Of a DNA stretch of 64,000 bases, positions 51,371-63,025 are shown in pieces; position 1 is the stretch's first letter, and every line of letters begins with the position of its first letter. The notes below the pieces were generated by a model. That model searched no databases, was not told the DNA's origin, and worked only from the letters and a program-made list of their open reading frames with translations. Location: NCBI GenBank assembly GCA_963735595.1, contig CAVTLK010000004.1, forward strand, positions 384,001 through 448,000, written 5' to 3'. A program made the position numbers and the translations under genes. Origin of the DNA: an uncultured delta proteobacterium (lineage in GTDB: Bacteria; Desulfobacterota; Zymogenia; Zymogenales; Zymogenaceae).

Positions 51371-51817
51371 TTAGTCCTGCTTGACGACCGTCAGCTTGAG
51401 GGTGGCCACGACATCCGTGGCCAGTTTAATCGGCACCGTATAGTCGCCCAGCCGTTTTATATGCTCCTCGATAACGACCTTTCTCTTGTCCACCTCGATG
51501 CCCATCTCCACCAGCGCTTCGACGATCTCGTGAGAGGTCACCGAACCGAAGAGCTTGTCTTCCTCCCCGGCGTGCTTCTTCATCGTTATCGAAATCGCCT
51601 CGATTTTTTCCTTAACGGCCTGGGCGCTCAGCTTTTCTTTTTCCTTGATCTTTTCATCCCGTTTCTTGATTGTCCCCAACAGCTTGAGATTTTCCCGGGT
51701 AGCGGCCAGGGCAAAGTTCTTGGGCAGGAGGTAGTTGCGGGCATAGCCGGTGGCGACCTTAACCACGTCCCCGGTCTTGCCCAGGGAGGCAACGTCCTGT
51801 ATCAGAATCACTTCCAT
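51371..51817 (-). CDS. rplI: 50S ribosomal protein L9
   Basis: MEVIL..DV..LGK.GDVV.V..GYARNYL, KLFGSVT. Confidence 0.97.
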   Translation of the reverse strand: MEVILIQDVASLGKTGDVVKVATGYARNYLLPKNFALAATRENLKLLGTIKKRDEKIKEKEKLSAQAVKEKIEAISITMKKHAGEEDKLFGSVTSHEIVEALVEMGIEVDKRKVVIEEHIKRLGDYTVPIKLATDVVATLKLTVVKQD

Positions 51818-52040
51818 GGTGACTTCTCCTTGTCGTGATAGTGCAAACTGCGCCGCGAGGCGACGGCAAAACGGGAAAACGGACGGTTTTCAGCTTCACC
51901 GATCCGATTGCCGGCCCCGACAGCGCCGCCGGACGGCGGCCGGCCGTAGTCATTATAATGTCACGCCGACCGTCGGTCACGTCGCGCGAACGCTCCGGCC
52001 GCCTTAAACGGGCTATACGCCCCCCGCCGGCGTCCGGCGC

Positions 52041-52343
52041 CTAATACTGCGAGATCGTGGATGTGAAGGGGAGCAGCGCCAGGATTCTCGCCCGCTTTAT
52101 GGCGACGGTCAGCTCACGCTGGTGCTTGGCGCAGTTTCCCGAAATCCGTCGGGGAATGATCTTGCCCCGCTCGGTGATGAAGTAGCGCAGCATCTTGGCG
52201 TCTTTATAGTCAATCGTGATGGCCGGCGTCATGCAAAAGCGGCAGACTTTGCGCTTGTGAAACCCCTTACGCTTGACCACCTTCGCGCCGGAGTTGCCGC
52301 GCGAATCCCCATTTGATGTTCGTGATTCGTATCGTCTTTCCAT
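52041..52343 (-). CDS. rpsR: 30S ribosomal protein S18 (Zn-binding form)
   Basis: [33 protein letters not shown]; start at ATG 52343. Confidence 0.95.
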   Translation of the reverse strand: MERRYESRTSNGDSRGNSGAKVVKRKGFHKRKVCRFCMTPAITIDYKDAKMLRYFITERGKIIPRRISGNCAKHQRELTVAIKRARILALLPFTSTISQY

Positions 52344-52625
52344 ATCGTTCGTTTCCAGAATAACCGTAGGCCGTACCGGACGCGTACCCGTGAATTGTAC
52401 ACCGGTGTTGGTCCCTTCGGGCCTGTTATTGGTTAATAATGTCGTCGGCTGATACTTCGCCGCCCGCCACAGGTGCGCCGCGAGCGAGTGCCTGTCCGAC
52501 AGCCGACCGACAAGCAGTGTCGACTCGTCCGTCGGGCCGCCGCCGTGCCCGGTCTCTTGTATGCCGGGTGCCCTTACGTTCAGCCGGGTACCCCCCATTC
52601 GCGGGGGACGTCGGCTATCCTCAGC

Positions 52626-53087
52626 CTATTCCTGCGGCTGTCCCGAGGCGTCGGACGTATCATCGGACGGGGGCGTTTCTTCCAGATCCTCATCGCTCTC
52701 GGGCGATTCGGGGCCGGCGGCAGGCGTAACGCGGGCGCCGTTCTGGTCGGTATGCTCCCGATCCTCCTCTTTCTTTTCCTCGGTGGTGATTTCGATCTCG
52801 GTGGCGGCAAGGATAATGGTCAGGAACTTCAGCACCTCTTCCATAATCCTGAGGTTCCGCTCAAGAACTGCCACGATCTTGGGTTCACCGTAATAGACGA
52901 CCCTGACGTAATTGCCTTTGAGTTTTTTCTTGACTCGATAGGCGAGCTTTCTCTTACCCCATCGATCCATCAGGATGACCTTGCCCTTTTGTCCCTCAAG
53001 GACGGTTTGGACGCGCTTGATCGACTTTTCGGAGTCATCTTCGGTGAGATCGGGATCGAGAATAAAGACGGTCTCGTAGGTACGCAC
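52626..53087 (-). CDS. rpsF: 30S ribosomal protein S6 with acidic tail
   Basis: YETVFILDP, WGKRKLAY, G.Y; GTG start with GGAGGTG SD. Confidence 0.95.
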   Translation of the reverse strand: MRTYETVFILDPDLTEDDSEKSIKRVQTVLEGQKGKVILMDRWGKRKLAYRVKKKLKGNYVRVVYYGEPKIVAVLERNLRIMEEVLKFLTIILAATEIEITTEEKKEEDREHTDQNGARVTPAAGPESPESDEDLEETPPSDDTSDASGQPQE

Positions 53088-53089
53088 GT

Positions 53090-53215
53090 GAAATTCACCT
53101 CCCTTCGGTTATAAAGCCCGGTATTTATGGGGAACGATCGGCGATCTGTCACGGTCCGCATCAGCCCTTCGACCTTTACGAATCCGACCGCGTTCCCCCC
53201 GAGCAAGGAGACAGT
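53090..53215 (-). promoter_or_regulatory. Candidate rpsF leader (S6:S18 autoregulatory element)
   Basis: On the minus strand CTCCTTGCTC near the 5' end can pair with the AAGGGGAG SD region; TTGACA promoter at about 53264-53269. Confidence 0.4.
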
Positions 53216-53483
53216 AGGTATTATTTAGTTGTCGAAAGGGAAATCTATCATATTTTTACGGGATGTCAAGATAATTTTGCCCGGGAACGCCCCGCTTATC
53301 CTCCCGGACCCGCCCCGTCGATCCCACTCGTGCTTGAAAACCCTTGACATCGCATCTTTTTTGTGTTAGATACTTAAAAATCGGGTTGGTGCGCACGCCG
53401 TTATGCCGTAATAGACCACTCGCCACTCGATATCTTCGTTATGATCTCACATGTAAGCAGAATACCCGGGCAGGTATACGTAG

Positions 53484-54398
53484 ATGAAACGAAAGAAGAA
53501 ATACTATACTATCATGGTCGTGCCGCAGAAGGCGCAAAAGGTCTTTAGATTCAAGATCTCCGATATTGCCTTGTATGTCGTAGCCGGCGTGACGGGCATC
53601 ATCATCATCATCTCGGTCTGGATGCTGTATAACTACCTTGACGTGCGCCTGAAAGTCGCCGAGCTCAACTCCCTCAGAGAAGAAAACCGGCAGCAGAAAG
53701 ATCAAATACGGGAGTTTGCCTCCAAGCTCGAGGATCTCAACGGTGAGATGGAAAAGATCCGCCAGTTTGACGAGAAACTCAGGATCATCACCAACATCGG
53801 CGAGAATTCCGAGGGGGGTGACGTGTTTGGGGTCGGAGGACCTACCCCGGAGGAAGGAAACAGCGTTACCGAGCTCGATAAGCGCCACGAGTCGCTCATC
53901 CGCGAGATTAAGGTGGACCTCGAGAACCTCCAGGAAGAGTCCAAGATGCGCGAAGAGAGTCTCCAGGGTCTCCTGAGCTTCCTCGAGGAACAGAAAAACC
54001 TCCTCTCGTGCACCCCGTCTATATGGCCGACACGGGGTTTTGTAACCTCGTCGTTCGGGTACCGCCGCTCCCCCTATACCAAGACCCTTCGTATGCACGA
54101 AGGCCTGGATATCGCCAATAAGGTCGGAACATCCATATACGCAACGGCCGACGGCGTGGTGGTCTTTACCGGCATCGAGGGGAGTTACGGAAAGGTATTA
54201 TCCATCGACCACGGCTATGGGATCGCGACGCGGTACGGGCATCTGGATACCATCTTGGTCAAGGAAGGGGATAAGATAAAACGGGGCGACAAGGTCGCTA
54301 CCCTTGGCGTTACCGGCCGCACCACCGGCCCGCACCTCCACTACGAGGTGAGGATAAACGGCGTGCCGGTCAACCCGAGGAACTATATCCTCAACTAA
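53484..54398 (+). CDS. M23 family metallopeptidase with TM and coiled coil
   Basis: PSIWP, TSSFGYR, HEGLD, TRYGHL, TTGPHLHYEV; TTGACA-17 nt-TAGATA promoter at 53344. Confidence 0.93.
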   Translation: MKRKKKYYTIMVVPQKAQKVFRFKISDIALYVVAGVTGIIIIISVWMLYNYLDVRLKVAELNSLREENRQQKDQIREFASKLEDLNGEMEKIRQFDEKLRIITNIGENSEGGDVFGVGGPTPEEGNSVTELDKRHESLIREIKVDLENLQEESKMREESLQGLLSFLEEQKNLLSCTPSIWPTRGFVTSSFGYRRSPYTKTLRMHEGLDIANKVGTSIYATADGVVVFTGIEGSYGKVLSIDHGYGIATRYGHLDTILVKEGDKIKRGDKVATLGVTGRTTGPHLHYEVRINGVPVNPRNYILN

Positions 54399-54484
54399 GT
54401 CGGCCGGTCGGCGCACCGACCGCAGACTGGTGTCGTGCCGGTGTCGTACATATGACGGGGCACGCGTTATCAGGAGAGCCGTGT

Positions 54485-54518
54485 AAACCCCGATGGAGTG
54501 TACCTCCTTCGGGGTTTT
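54485..54518 (+). terminator. Hairpin/terminator between the M23 gene and secA
   Basis: AAACCCCGA.GGAG...CTCC.TCGGGGTTT. Confidence 0.5.
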
Positions 54519-54578
54519 AGTTGGAGACACGAACCGGCCGGCCATGGTTTTTGGCGAGAATAATTTTAGGACTCCGTT

Positions 54579-57501
54579 ATGTTTATAGACTTTTTACAGA
54601 AGCTGTTTGGCTCTCAGAACGAGCGCGAGATCAAACGGATAATTCCCATCGTCAACGAGATCAACGACCTGGAACCCGGGATGGCCGCGCTTTCAGATGA
54701 GGCCCTGAAAAACAAGACCGCCGAGTATAAGCAGAGATTGGCCGACGGCCAGACGCTGGATCAAATCCTCCCCGAGGCCTTTGCGGCGGTCCGCGAGGCT
54801 TCCAGGCGGACGATCGGGCTGCGCCATTTTGACGTCCAGCTCATCGGAGGGGTCGTCCTCCACGAGGGGAAAATCGCCGAGATGAAAACCGGCGAAGGCA
54901 AGACCCTCGTGGCGACGCTTGCCGCCTATCTGAACGCCGTCTCCGGCAAGGGCGTTCACATCGTCACCGTCAACGACTATCTGGCCGGGCGCGACCGAAA
55001 CTGGATGGGCCGTATCTACGAGTTCCTCGGCCTTTCGGTCGGCGTAATCGTCCACGACATGGATGACGCTGAGAGAAAAAAGGCCTATGCATGCGACATC
55101 GTCTACGGTACGAATAATGAGTTCGGCTTCGACTACCTGCGCGATAACATGAAATACCAGCTCGAAGACTACGTCCAGCGCGATCTCAATTTCGCGGTCG
55201 TCGACGAGGTAGACTCGATCCTCATTGATGAGGCCAGGACCCCGCTCATCATTTCGAGCCAGGTGGACGTTGACCTGCATCAGTATGACAAGCTCAAGCC
55301 CCTTATCAAGCGGCTCGTCTCCCGCCAAAAGGATCTCGTCGCAGAACTATTTTCCGGCGCGATGACGGCCGAAAAAAACGACGACGACGAGACGATGATG
55401 GTCAACCTGCTTCGGGTGGAGAAGGGGGATCCAAAGAACAAGCGCCTCCTTAAATACATGGCCGACCACAAGGACGTCAAGAGGTCGATGACCCAGTGGG
55501 AGAGCATCTATATCCGTGACAAACGGACGGCGGACTTCGAGGAAGGGCTGCTCTACATTTTCTCGGACAAGGAGCACAATGTTTCTTTTACCGATGAGGG
55601 CCAGGCTATCATCCGGTCGTCGGTCGGAGAGCTGTTTGACCTTGGCGACGTCAACGAAGAGTATATCAAAATCGAGCAGGACGATTCCCTGTCTGCCGCC
55701 CAGAAGGAGCAGCGTAAACGGGAGGTGGGCGCCGAGCACGAGGATAAGACCGAAAAGATCCATAACCTCGGCCAGCTCCTGAAAGCATACACGCTGTTTG
55801 AGCAGGACGTCGACTACGTCGTCAAGGACGGCCAGGTCATTATCGTCGATCAATTCACCGGACGTATGATGCCGGGACGGCGCTACAGCGACGGCCTCCA
55901 TCAGGCGCTTGAGGCCAAAGAGGACGTCACCATCGCCAAGGCAACCAAAACCGTGGCGACCATTACCCTTCAGAACTACTTCCGTATGTACAATAAGCTG
56001 GCCGGCATGACCGGAACCGCCGATACCGAGGCGGAGGAATTCCATAAGGTCTATAGGCTGCCCGTAATGGTCATCCCCACAAACAAGCCGCTCAGGCGGT
56101 CGGAGGACCCCGACCTGATCTACAAGACCGAAAACGCGAAATTCCTGGCGGTGGCAGACCACATCGGAGAGTTGTATGAAAAGGGACGGCCCGTCCTTGT
56201 CGGGACCACGTCCATCGATAAGTCGGAAAGGCTCGCACGGCTCCTTAAGATGCGCAAGGTCAACCACCAGGTGCTTAACGCGAAGCACCACGAGCGCGAG
56301 GCGGAGATCGTGGCGATGGCCGGGCAGCAGGGCAGTGTCACGATTGCCACCAACATGGCCGGCCGAGGAACCGACATCGTCCTGGGCAACGGAGTGTCGG
56401 ACCTGGGCGGCCTGCATATCATCGGGACCGAGCGTCACGAGAGCCGCCGGATCGATAACCAGCTTCGCGGAAGGTCCGGCCGGCAGGGTGACCCCGGTTC
56501 ATCCCAGTTTTACCTGTCGCTCGAAGACGATCTCTTGCGCATTTTCGGCGCCGACCGGATCATGTCCGTCATGGATCGGCTCGGCATGGAGGAGGGGGAG
56601 GCCATCGAGCACAGCCTGCTGACGCGGGCCATCGAGAATGCCCAGAAAAAGGTTGAGAGCAATAACTTCTCCGTCAGAAAGCACCTGCTCGAGTACGACG
56701 ACGTCATGAACAAGCAGCGTGAGGTCATTTACGCCCGGCGCCGCGAGATCCTGTCCGACGACGAAATCGGTGAAGACATCATGGAGATGATCGAGGAAAG
56801 GGTCGACGAGATCATCATGACCTACACCGACGATAAGGGCTACCTCGAAGATTGGGATACTATCGGAATCGCCGAGACGGTGATGCGGTCGTTTTCAATC
56901 CCGATCAATATGTCGGACCCGAAGCTTAAAGAGATGACGCAGGATGATTTCGCCGACTGGCTCGGGGATAAGGTCGTCTCTACCTACAAGGCCAAGGAGG
57001 AGCATATCCAGGCCCCTCTCATGCGACGGCTTGAAAAGCTCATCATGCTCCGGGTGCTGGACGCCACCTGGCAGGACCACCTGGAGGCAATGGACCACCT
57101 CAAGGAGGGAATCGGGCTGCAGGGCATACGGGCAGCGTAACCCCCTCATCGAATATCAGAAAGAGGGGTACGAGCTCTTTCTTGAAATGGGAGAAAATGT
57201 TAAGGGAGAGGTGCTGTCACAGCTCTTTCGCGTCCAGATCGCCCGGGACGAGACGGCGCAGGCGCGGGCGGAAAGGGACCGGCTCACGCTCATACACCGG
57301 GAGTTTACCGCCCCCGCGATGGGAGAGGGCCCCGAGGCCGAAAGGCCGGCGGGATTACGGCCGGGCCCTGAGAGGCCCGTCGGCGAGAAGGCCAAGCCCA
57401 TCGTGCGCGAGACGCCAAAGGTCGGCCGGAACGACCCCTGCCCCTGCGGCAGCGGGAAGAAGTACAAGAAGTGTCACGGAAAGGTCGAGGCCTACGGGTA
57501 G
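54579..57501 (+). CDS. secA: Preprotein translocase ATPase SecA, with one frameshift near 57125
   Basis: [49 protein letters not shown]; the C-terminus YGQRNPL...[18 protein letters not shown] is in another frame. Confidence 0.96.
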
Positions 57502-57529
57502 GCCCCGACCTGAAAGGGTGTATCTATAA

Positions 57530-58717
57530 ATGACAGCTGATGCGCCGGTGTGTCCCGGCTTTCGGGCCGCGGGGATTGCGGCCGGCATAAAAAAGACGGG
57601 TGACCCCGATCTGGCGTTGATTGCCTCCGATACGCACTCGGTCGGCGCCGCCGTGTTTACCGAGAACCGGGTAAAGGCGGCCCCGGTGCTCCTCACCATG
57701 GAGCGCCTCCACGGGTGCCGGCCCCGGGCCGTGCTCATCAACAGCGGAGGGGCCAACGCCTGCACCGGCGACGAGGGGATTGCCGATGCCCGCACCCTCA
57801 CGGGAGAGGTCGCCCGCAGACTGGATATCCCGGAAGACGCGGTCCTTGCCGCGTCGACCGGGGTGATCGGCCAGCGCCTGCCGGTTGACCGTATCGCGCG
57901 ATCGATGGACTCGCTCGTCTCCGACCTCTCGCCGGACGGCTTCGGCCGGGCCGCCCGGGCGATCATGACGACGGACACCTGCCCGAAATGCATCGCACTG
58001 CCGTTCTCGGCGGGCGGTACCAACCATACGGTGCTTGGGATCGCCAAGGGAGCGGGGATGATATTTCCGCACCTCGCCACGATGCTGGCCTTTGCCGTCA
58101 CCGATTTTCCCATCGAAAAGAAACTCCTTGAAACTATTCTGAGACAGGCCGTCTCATGCTCGTTTAACGCCATCACGGTAGACGGGGACATGAGCACCAA
58201 CGACACGCTGCTGGTTCTCTCGGCCGGGGAACAACGATCATACAATAGTTCCGCCGACTGTGCCCCGTTTCGGGAGGCGTTCACGGAGCTCTGTGTCCGG
58301 CTGGCGCGCCATATCGTCAAAGACGCCGAAGGGGCGACGAAGCTGGTGGCCGTTACGGTGCGCGGAGCGCCCGACGGCCGGACGGCGCGGCGGGCGGCCT
58401 TCCAGGTGGCCAACTCCCCCCTCGTGAAAACTGCGTTTTTCGGAGAGGACCCAAACTGGGGACGAATTATCGGAGCGATCGGATGCGTCGATGGAGAGTT
58501 TGATCCCGCGCACGCCGATATCCGATTCGGGGACGTCCTGGTGGTTTCGGGGGGGATCGGCTGCGGCGCCGATAGGGAAGCCGCCGCCCGGGAGATAATG
58601 AAGCGGCCGGAGTATGAGATCATCATTGAACTGGGCGCCGGTCCCGATTCGTTTACCGCCTACACGTCCGACCTTTCCGTCGATTACGTGAAAATCAACG
58701 CGGATTACCGGAGCTGA
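57530..58717 (+). CDS. argJ: Bifunctional ornithine acetyltransferase/N-acetylglutamate synthase
   Basis: NSGGANACTG, STGVIG, IMTTDT, KGAGMI.P.LATML, DGDMSTND, DAEGATK, DPNWGRI. Confidence 0.95.
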   Translation: MTADAPVCPGFRAAGIAAGIKKTGDPDLALIASDTHSVGAAVFTENRVKAAPVLLTMERLHGCRPRAVLINSGGANACTGDEGIADARTLTGEVARRLDIPEDAVLAASTGVIGQRLPVDRIARSMDSLVSDLSPDGFGRAARAIMTTDTCPKCIALPFSAGGTNHTVLGIAKGAGMIFPHLATMLAFAVTDFPIEKKLLETILRQAVSCSFNAITVDGDMSTNDTLLVLSAGEQRSYNSSADCAPFREAFTELCVRLARHIVKDAEGATKLVAVTVRGAPDGRTARRAAFQVANSPLVKTAFFGEDPNWGRIIGAIGCVDGEFDPAHADIRFGDVLVVSGGIGCGADREAAAREIMKRPEYEIIIELGAGPDSFTAYTSDLSVDYVKINADYRS

Positions 58718-58729
58718 AGGAAACGCCGT

Positions 58730-59641
58730 ATGTTCAAGGTCATTATACAGGCCGTTCGGGCGCCATTTTTCACGGGAACGATCATCCCGGTTGTCATCGG
58801 GGCGGTGGAAGCGGCCAGGGTCGGCCGCTTCGATATCGTCCTGTTTGCCCTGTGCCTGGTCGGGGCGCTTTCGTTTCACGCCGCGGCAAACGTCATCAAC
58901 GACTATTTCGACTATCTCGGCGGGACCGATAACGTGAATCGGTATCATAACCTTTTTTCGGGCGGCAGCCGGGTAATCCAGGACGGCCTTTTAACGCCGA
59001 GACAGACGCTGAGGCTTGGAATCGGCCTCCTTTCGGCGGGGATCGCAATCGGCCTCGTTCTTGTTGTCAGGGTAGGCTGGGAGGTGCTCATTTTCGGGGT
59101 TGCCGGGACTATCCTCGTGCTGGCCTATTCAATCCCCAGGTATGGACTCGCTTACGTCGGCCGGGGGCTGGGCGAGCTGGCCGTGGCGGTCGGTTTCGGG
59201 CCGCTGATGGTGCTGGGCACCTACTGGGTCATGGCGGAAGTGCTCTCGGCGGCGATATGGTGGCTTACGCTGACGCCCGGGCTCTTGATAGCCCTGATAC
59301 TGTTTGTCAACGGCTATCCCGATTACGAGGCGGACCTGAAGACGAACAAACGGACCGCGGTCGTCACCTACGGACGGGCAAGCTCGCGCTGGATCTACGC
59401 CCTGATCCTGGCGGCAACATACCTGGAGATCGTGCTGGGCGTCGTTCTCTCAATCATTCCGGCGCTCTCGCTGGTCAGTCTGCTCACGATACCGATAGCT
59501 TTCGCGGCGACGAAAAGGCTCTTTCGGGTTTATGATGACCCCCGGGGGGTCGTGCCTGTCTGCGGCATGACGATCGGCATTCACCTTATCACCGGGGTGT
59601 TGCTTGCCCTTGGGGTGGGGTTGAGCGGCCTTATCGTATAA
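58730..59641 (+). CDS. UbiA-family prenyltransferase (MenA-like)
   Basis: R.PF, NDYFD...GTD, GGSRVI, GLGE, N.YPD...D....KRT; multiple TM helices. Confidence 0.85.
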   Translation: MFKVIIQAVRAPFFTGTIIPVVIGAVEAARVGRFDIVLFALCLVGALSFHAAANVINDYFDYLGGTDNVNRYHNLFSGGSRVIQDGLLTPRQTLRLGIGLLSAGIAIGLVLVVRVGWEVLIFGVAGTILVLAYSIPRYGLAYVGRGLGELAVAVGFGPLMVLGTYWVMAEVLSAAIWWLTLTPGLLIALILFVNGYPDYEADLKTNKRTAVVTYGRASSRWIYALILAATYLEIVLGVVLSIIPALSLVSLLTIPIAFAATKRLFRVYDDPRGVVPVCGMTIGIHLITGVLLALGVGLSGLIV

Positions 59642-59888
59642 GGGAAAGGGATACATGGCGGCTTTTTTTATTGCATATTGTCCAGTTTTGTGTTAAATAA
59701 GTAAATTTACATCCCCATTTTTCGATACGCGGGGGGCGGACGGGGTGGATCGTATCATGAATATGATGCGTATATCCGGCATAGTGGGCATAGTGCGGAA
59801 GCGATATGTAATAGTGCGCAATAATAGGTAGTAGCGGGCAATGGCGGCAACGATGGGCGCACGCGCCCTGAAATATACATCACATTAA

Positions 59889-59975
59889 GCACGCCCTGCC
59901 GGTGGGGACAGGGAGGTGACCCGATAACGGGTTCCCGGGTCCCGGCGGGCGGAAGAAACAACCACCATAAGGAGT
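59889..59975 (+). promoter_or_regulatory. Candidate rpsB (S2) leader structure
   Basis: CACGCCCTGCCGG...CCGGCGGGCGG long hairpin immediately before the AAGGAG SD. Confidence 0.4.
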
Positions 59976-59981
59976 TGAACA

Positions 59982-60818
59982 ATGAGCTACATCGCGATGA
60001 AAGAGCTTCTGGAGGCCGGCGTACACTTCGGCCATCAGACCAAACGCTGGAACCCGAAGATGAAACCCTATATCTTCGGGGCGCGAAACGGAATTTACAT
60101 CATAGACCTCCAGAAGACAGTTACGCTGTTTGACAAGGCCTATGAATTTGTGAGGCAGGTTTCGGCGCGGAACGGGACGATCCTGTTCGTGGGAACGAAA
60201 AAACAGGCCAACGAGTCGATACAGGCCGAGGCTGAACGCTGCGGGATGTATTTCGTCAATGAGCGATGGCTCGGCGGCACCATGACAAACTTTGTCACGA
60301 TCAGGAAGACGGTCGAGCGCTTCAAGCGGCTTGAGGCCCTCCTTTCGGCCGACACAATCGATTCACTGCCAAAAAAAGAGGTAGCCGGGCTTGCCTCCCA
60401 GAGGGAAAAGCTCTCCCGGAGCATCGGGGGAATCAAGGATATGGGAAGGCTGCCGGACTGCATCTTCCTGGTCGACCCGAGAAAGGAGCGGATCGCCGTT
60501 GCCGAGGCCAATAAGCTCGACATCCCGGTCGTGGCCGTCGTTGACACCAACTGCAACCCGGATAAGATTAATTATGTCATTCCCGGAAACGATGACGCGA
60601 TCCGAGCGATTCGCCTGTTTTCCTCCCGTATTGCCGACGCCGTCCTCGAAGGTAAGCAGCAGACGACCGCCGCGCCGGTGGAAGAGGCCGTCAAGATAGA
60701 AGAGCCCGAGGAGCAGAAGGATGGGCCCGTTGTCGTAAGAAAAACGGCCCCCGCACGCGCCAAGACTCCCGATACTGATGAGCCGGGGCCGGAAGAACCG
60801 ATAACGGATGAACAATAG
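59982..60818 (+). CDS. rpsB: 30S ribosomal protein S2
   Basis: [40 protein letters not shown]. Confidence 0.98.
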   Translation: MSYIAMKELLEAGVHFGHQTKRWNPKMKPYIFGARNGIYIIDLQKTVTLFDKAYEFVRQVSARNGTILFVGTKKQANESIQAEAERCGMYFVNERWLGGTMTNFVTIRKTVERFKRLEALLSADTIDSLPKKEVAGLASQREKLSRSIGGIKDMGRLPDCIFLVDPRKERIAVAEANKLDIPVVAVVDTNCNPDKINYVIPGNDDAIRAIRLFSSRIADAVLEGKQQTTAAPVEEAVKIEEPEEQKDGPVVVRKTAPARAKTPDTDEPGPEEPITDEQ

Positions 60819-60860
60819 TAGATACAGGATAAAGCCCTGACGGCTTGTAAGGAGTGGAAA

Positions 60861-61463
60861 ATGGAAATTAGTGCTCAGATGGTCAAGGACCTGCGGGAAA
60901 AGACAGGGGCCGGAATGATGGACTGCAAGACCGCCCTGGCCGAATCGGCCGGCGACATGGAAAAGGCAATAGACGTTCTCAGGAAAAAAGGACTTTCCCG
61001 TGCCGCCAAGCGGGCGGGGAGGGCGGCGAAAGAGGGAATGGTCGGCTCCTATATTCATATGGGAGGGAAAATCGGGGTTCTCGTCGAGGTTAATTGCGAA
61101 TCCGATTTTGTTGCCCGCACCGACGACTTCGTGGCGTTCGTCAAGGATATCGCCATGCAGGTTGCCGCCTCGAGCCCGCAGTATTTGACCAGCGAGGATA
61201 TACCCGAGACGGTTCTCGACAGGGAGCGGGAGATCTACCGCGCCCAGGTGCAGGAAACCAAGAAGCCTGAAAACGTCATCGATAAGATCGTCGAGGGCAA
61301 GCTTAAGAAGTTCCATACCGAGGTCTGCCTGCTCGATCAGCCGTTCGTGAAAGACCCGAATATATCGGTCGCCGAACACCTTACCAACATGATTGCCAAG
61401 ATCGGCGAGAATATGATAATAAGAAGGTTCGTTCGGTTTCAGCTCGGCGAGGGTGTTGAATAG
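60861..61463 (+). CDS. tsf: Elongation factor Ts (short form)
   Basis: VK.LREKTGAGMMDCK, EVNCESDFVA, LLDQPFVKD. Confidence 0.97.
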   Translation: MEISAQMVKDLREKTGAGMMDCKTALAESAGDMEKAIDVLRKKGLSRAAKRAGRAAKEGMVGSYIHMGGKIGVLVEVNCESDFVARTDDFVAFVKDIAMQVAASSPQYLTSEDIPETVLDREREIYRAQVQETKKPENVIDKIVEGKLKKFHTEVCLLDQPFVKDPNISVAEHLTNMIAKIGENMIIRRFVRFQLGEGVE

Positions 61464-61546
61464 GGAGTTGACGGCGATCCGTGTAAGGCGTTGAATATTC
61501 TTATATGCTGGGAGGCCCTGAAGGGGGATGCTGGGGGCGGTGAGAC

Positions 61547-62257
61547 ATGCACTATAAACGGGTACTGGTCAAACTGTCCGGTGAGGCCCTGGCGGGTTCC
61601 CAGAAGTCCGGCATCTGTCCGAAGGCTATCAAATTCATCACCGAGGAAATCGGGGAGACTGCGGGACTCGGCATCGAGATGGCGCTGGTGGTAGGCGGCG
61701 GAAACATCTTTCGCGGGATATCGGCCAGCGAGCAGGGGATGGACCGCGCCAATGCGGATTATATGGGGATGCTGGCCACGGTAATCAACGCCCTGGCCCT
61801 GCAAAACTACCTGGAAAGGGCCGGGCATGTGACCAGGGTGCAGACTGCCTTCGAGATGCGGGCGGTGGCCGAGCCCTATATTCGGCGCCGGGCCATCCGC
61901 CATCTCGAAAAAAAGCGGATAGTCATATTCGCGGGGGGCACCGGAAACCCCTATTTTACCACCGATACCGCGGCCGCGCTCAGGGCAATGGAGATCGGGG
62001 CAGACGTTATCATCAAGGCCACGAAAGTGGACGGTGTATACGACAAAGACCCGGTGCGATTTTCAGACGCCAAGAAATTTGAAGAGATCAGCTATATCCA
62101 GGCCCTCAATCTCGGGCTCGGCGTAATGGATTCCACCGCCCTGTCGCTCTGTATGGATAACGACCTTCCCATCATCGTGTTTAACCTCCTGGTGCCCGGA
62201 AACCTCGCAAAGGTCGTCTCAGGACAAAAAATAGGAACAGCTGTAAGGGGTACGTGA
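61547..62257 (+). CDS. pyrH: UMP kinase
   Basis: [42 protein letters not shown]. Confidence 0.97.
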   Translation: MHYKRVLVKLSGEALAGSQKSGICPKAIKFITEEIGETAGLGIEMALVVGGGNIFRGISASEQGMDRANADYMGMLATVINALALQNYLERAGHVTRVQTAFEMRAVAEPYIRRRAIRHLEKKRIVIFAGGTGNPYFTTDTAAALRAMEIGADVIIKATKVDGVYDKDPVRFSDAKKFEEISYIQALNLGLGVMDSTALSLCMDNDLPIIVFNLLVPGNLAKVVSGQKIGTAVRGT

Positions 62258-62811
62258 TGGAAGAGGTATTGTCTGATTTAAAACAAGAGATGGAAAAGAC
62301 CGTAAAAGGCTTTACCAACGAGCTCAAGCGGATCAGGACCGGGCGGGCCTCAACGGCGATCCTCGACGGGATCAGGGTAGACTACTACGGAAATCCCACG
62401 GCGCTCAATCAGTTGGCGACCGTCTCGGCCCCGGAACCCCGGCTCCTTATCATTCAGCCCTGGGATGCGGGCTCTATCGGCGATGTCGAAAAGGCCATCC
62501 TCAAGTCCGATCTCGGTCTTACTCCCCAAAACGATGGCAAGGTCATCCGGATTAACATCCCAAACCTTACCGAGGAACGAAGAAAAGAGCTGGTCAAGAT
62601 GGTCAAGAAGATGAGCGAAGACTTCAAGGTCGCCCTTCGGAATCATCGGCGGGACTCGATCGAGTTTCTCAAGGAGCTGAAAAAGGAAAAGGAGATCTCG
62701 GAAGACGACTATTTCCGCCTCCACGAAAAGATACAGGAGCTCACCGACGAGCATATCAAGAGCACCGATGCGATCCTCGCCGACAAGGAAAAGGAGATCA
62801 TGGAGATCTAG
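62254..62811 (+). CDS. frr: Ribosome recycling factor
   Basis: [31 protein letters not shown]. Confidence 0.97.
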   Translation: MMEEVLSDLKQEMEKTVKGFTNELKRIRTGRASTAILDGIRVDYYGNPTALNQLATVSAPEPRLLIIQPWDAGSIGDVEKAILKSDLGLTPQNDGKVIRINIPNLTEERRKELVKMVKKMSEDFKVALRNHRRDSIEFLKELKKEKEISEDDYFRLHEKIQELTDEHIKSTDAILADKEKEIMEI

Positions 62812-63025
62812 CGCCGGCAAAAAAGGCCGGTTGCCCCGTCGCGGGCGCCGCTTGCGGCCGCGGACGAGGCTGAATAACGGGAGATTCAGGTGGGAGAAAG
62901 AAGCCCAAATTCCCGGATCTGCACCGCGCTGCTAATGACGAGGACCTACGGATTACGATTCATACAGCGGCGGGGTGCGCCGCATCATATGATGCCGCTT
63001 TAGTGAGGGCAGTGACCGGTTTAAT

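Noticed and set aside
60861..61463. Truncated EF-Ts
   Set aside because: The roughly 200-aa form is a known natural type in several phyla, and the ORF ends normally.
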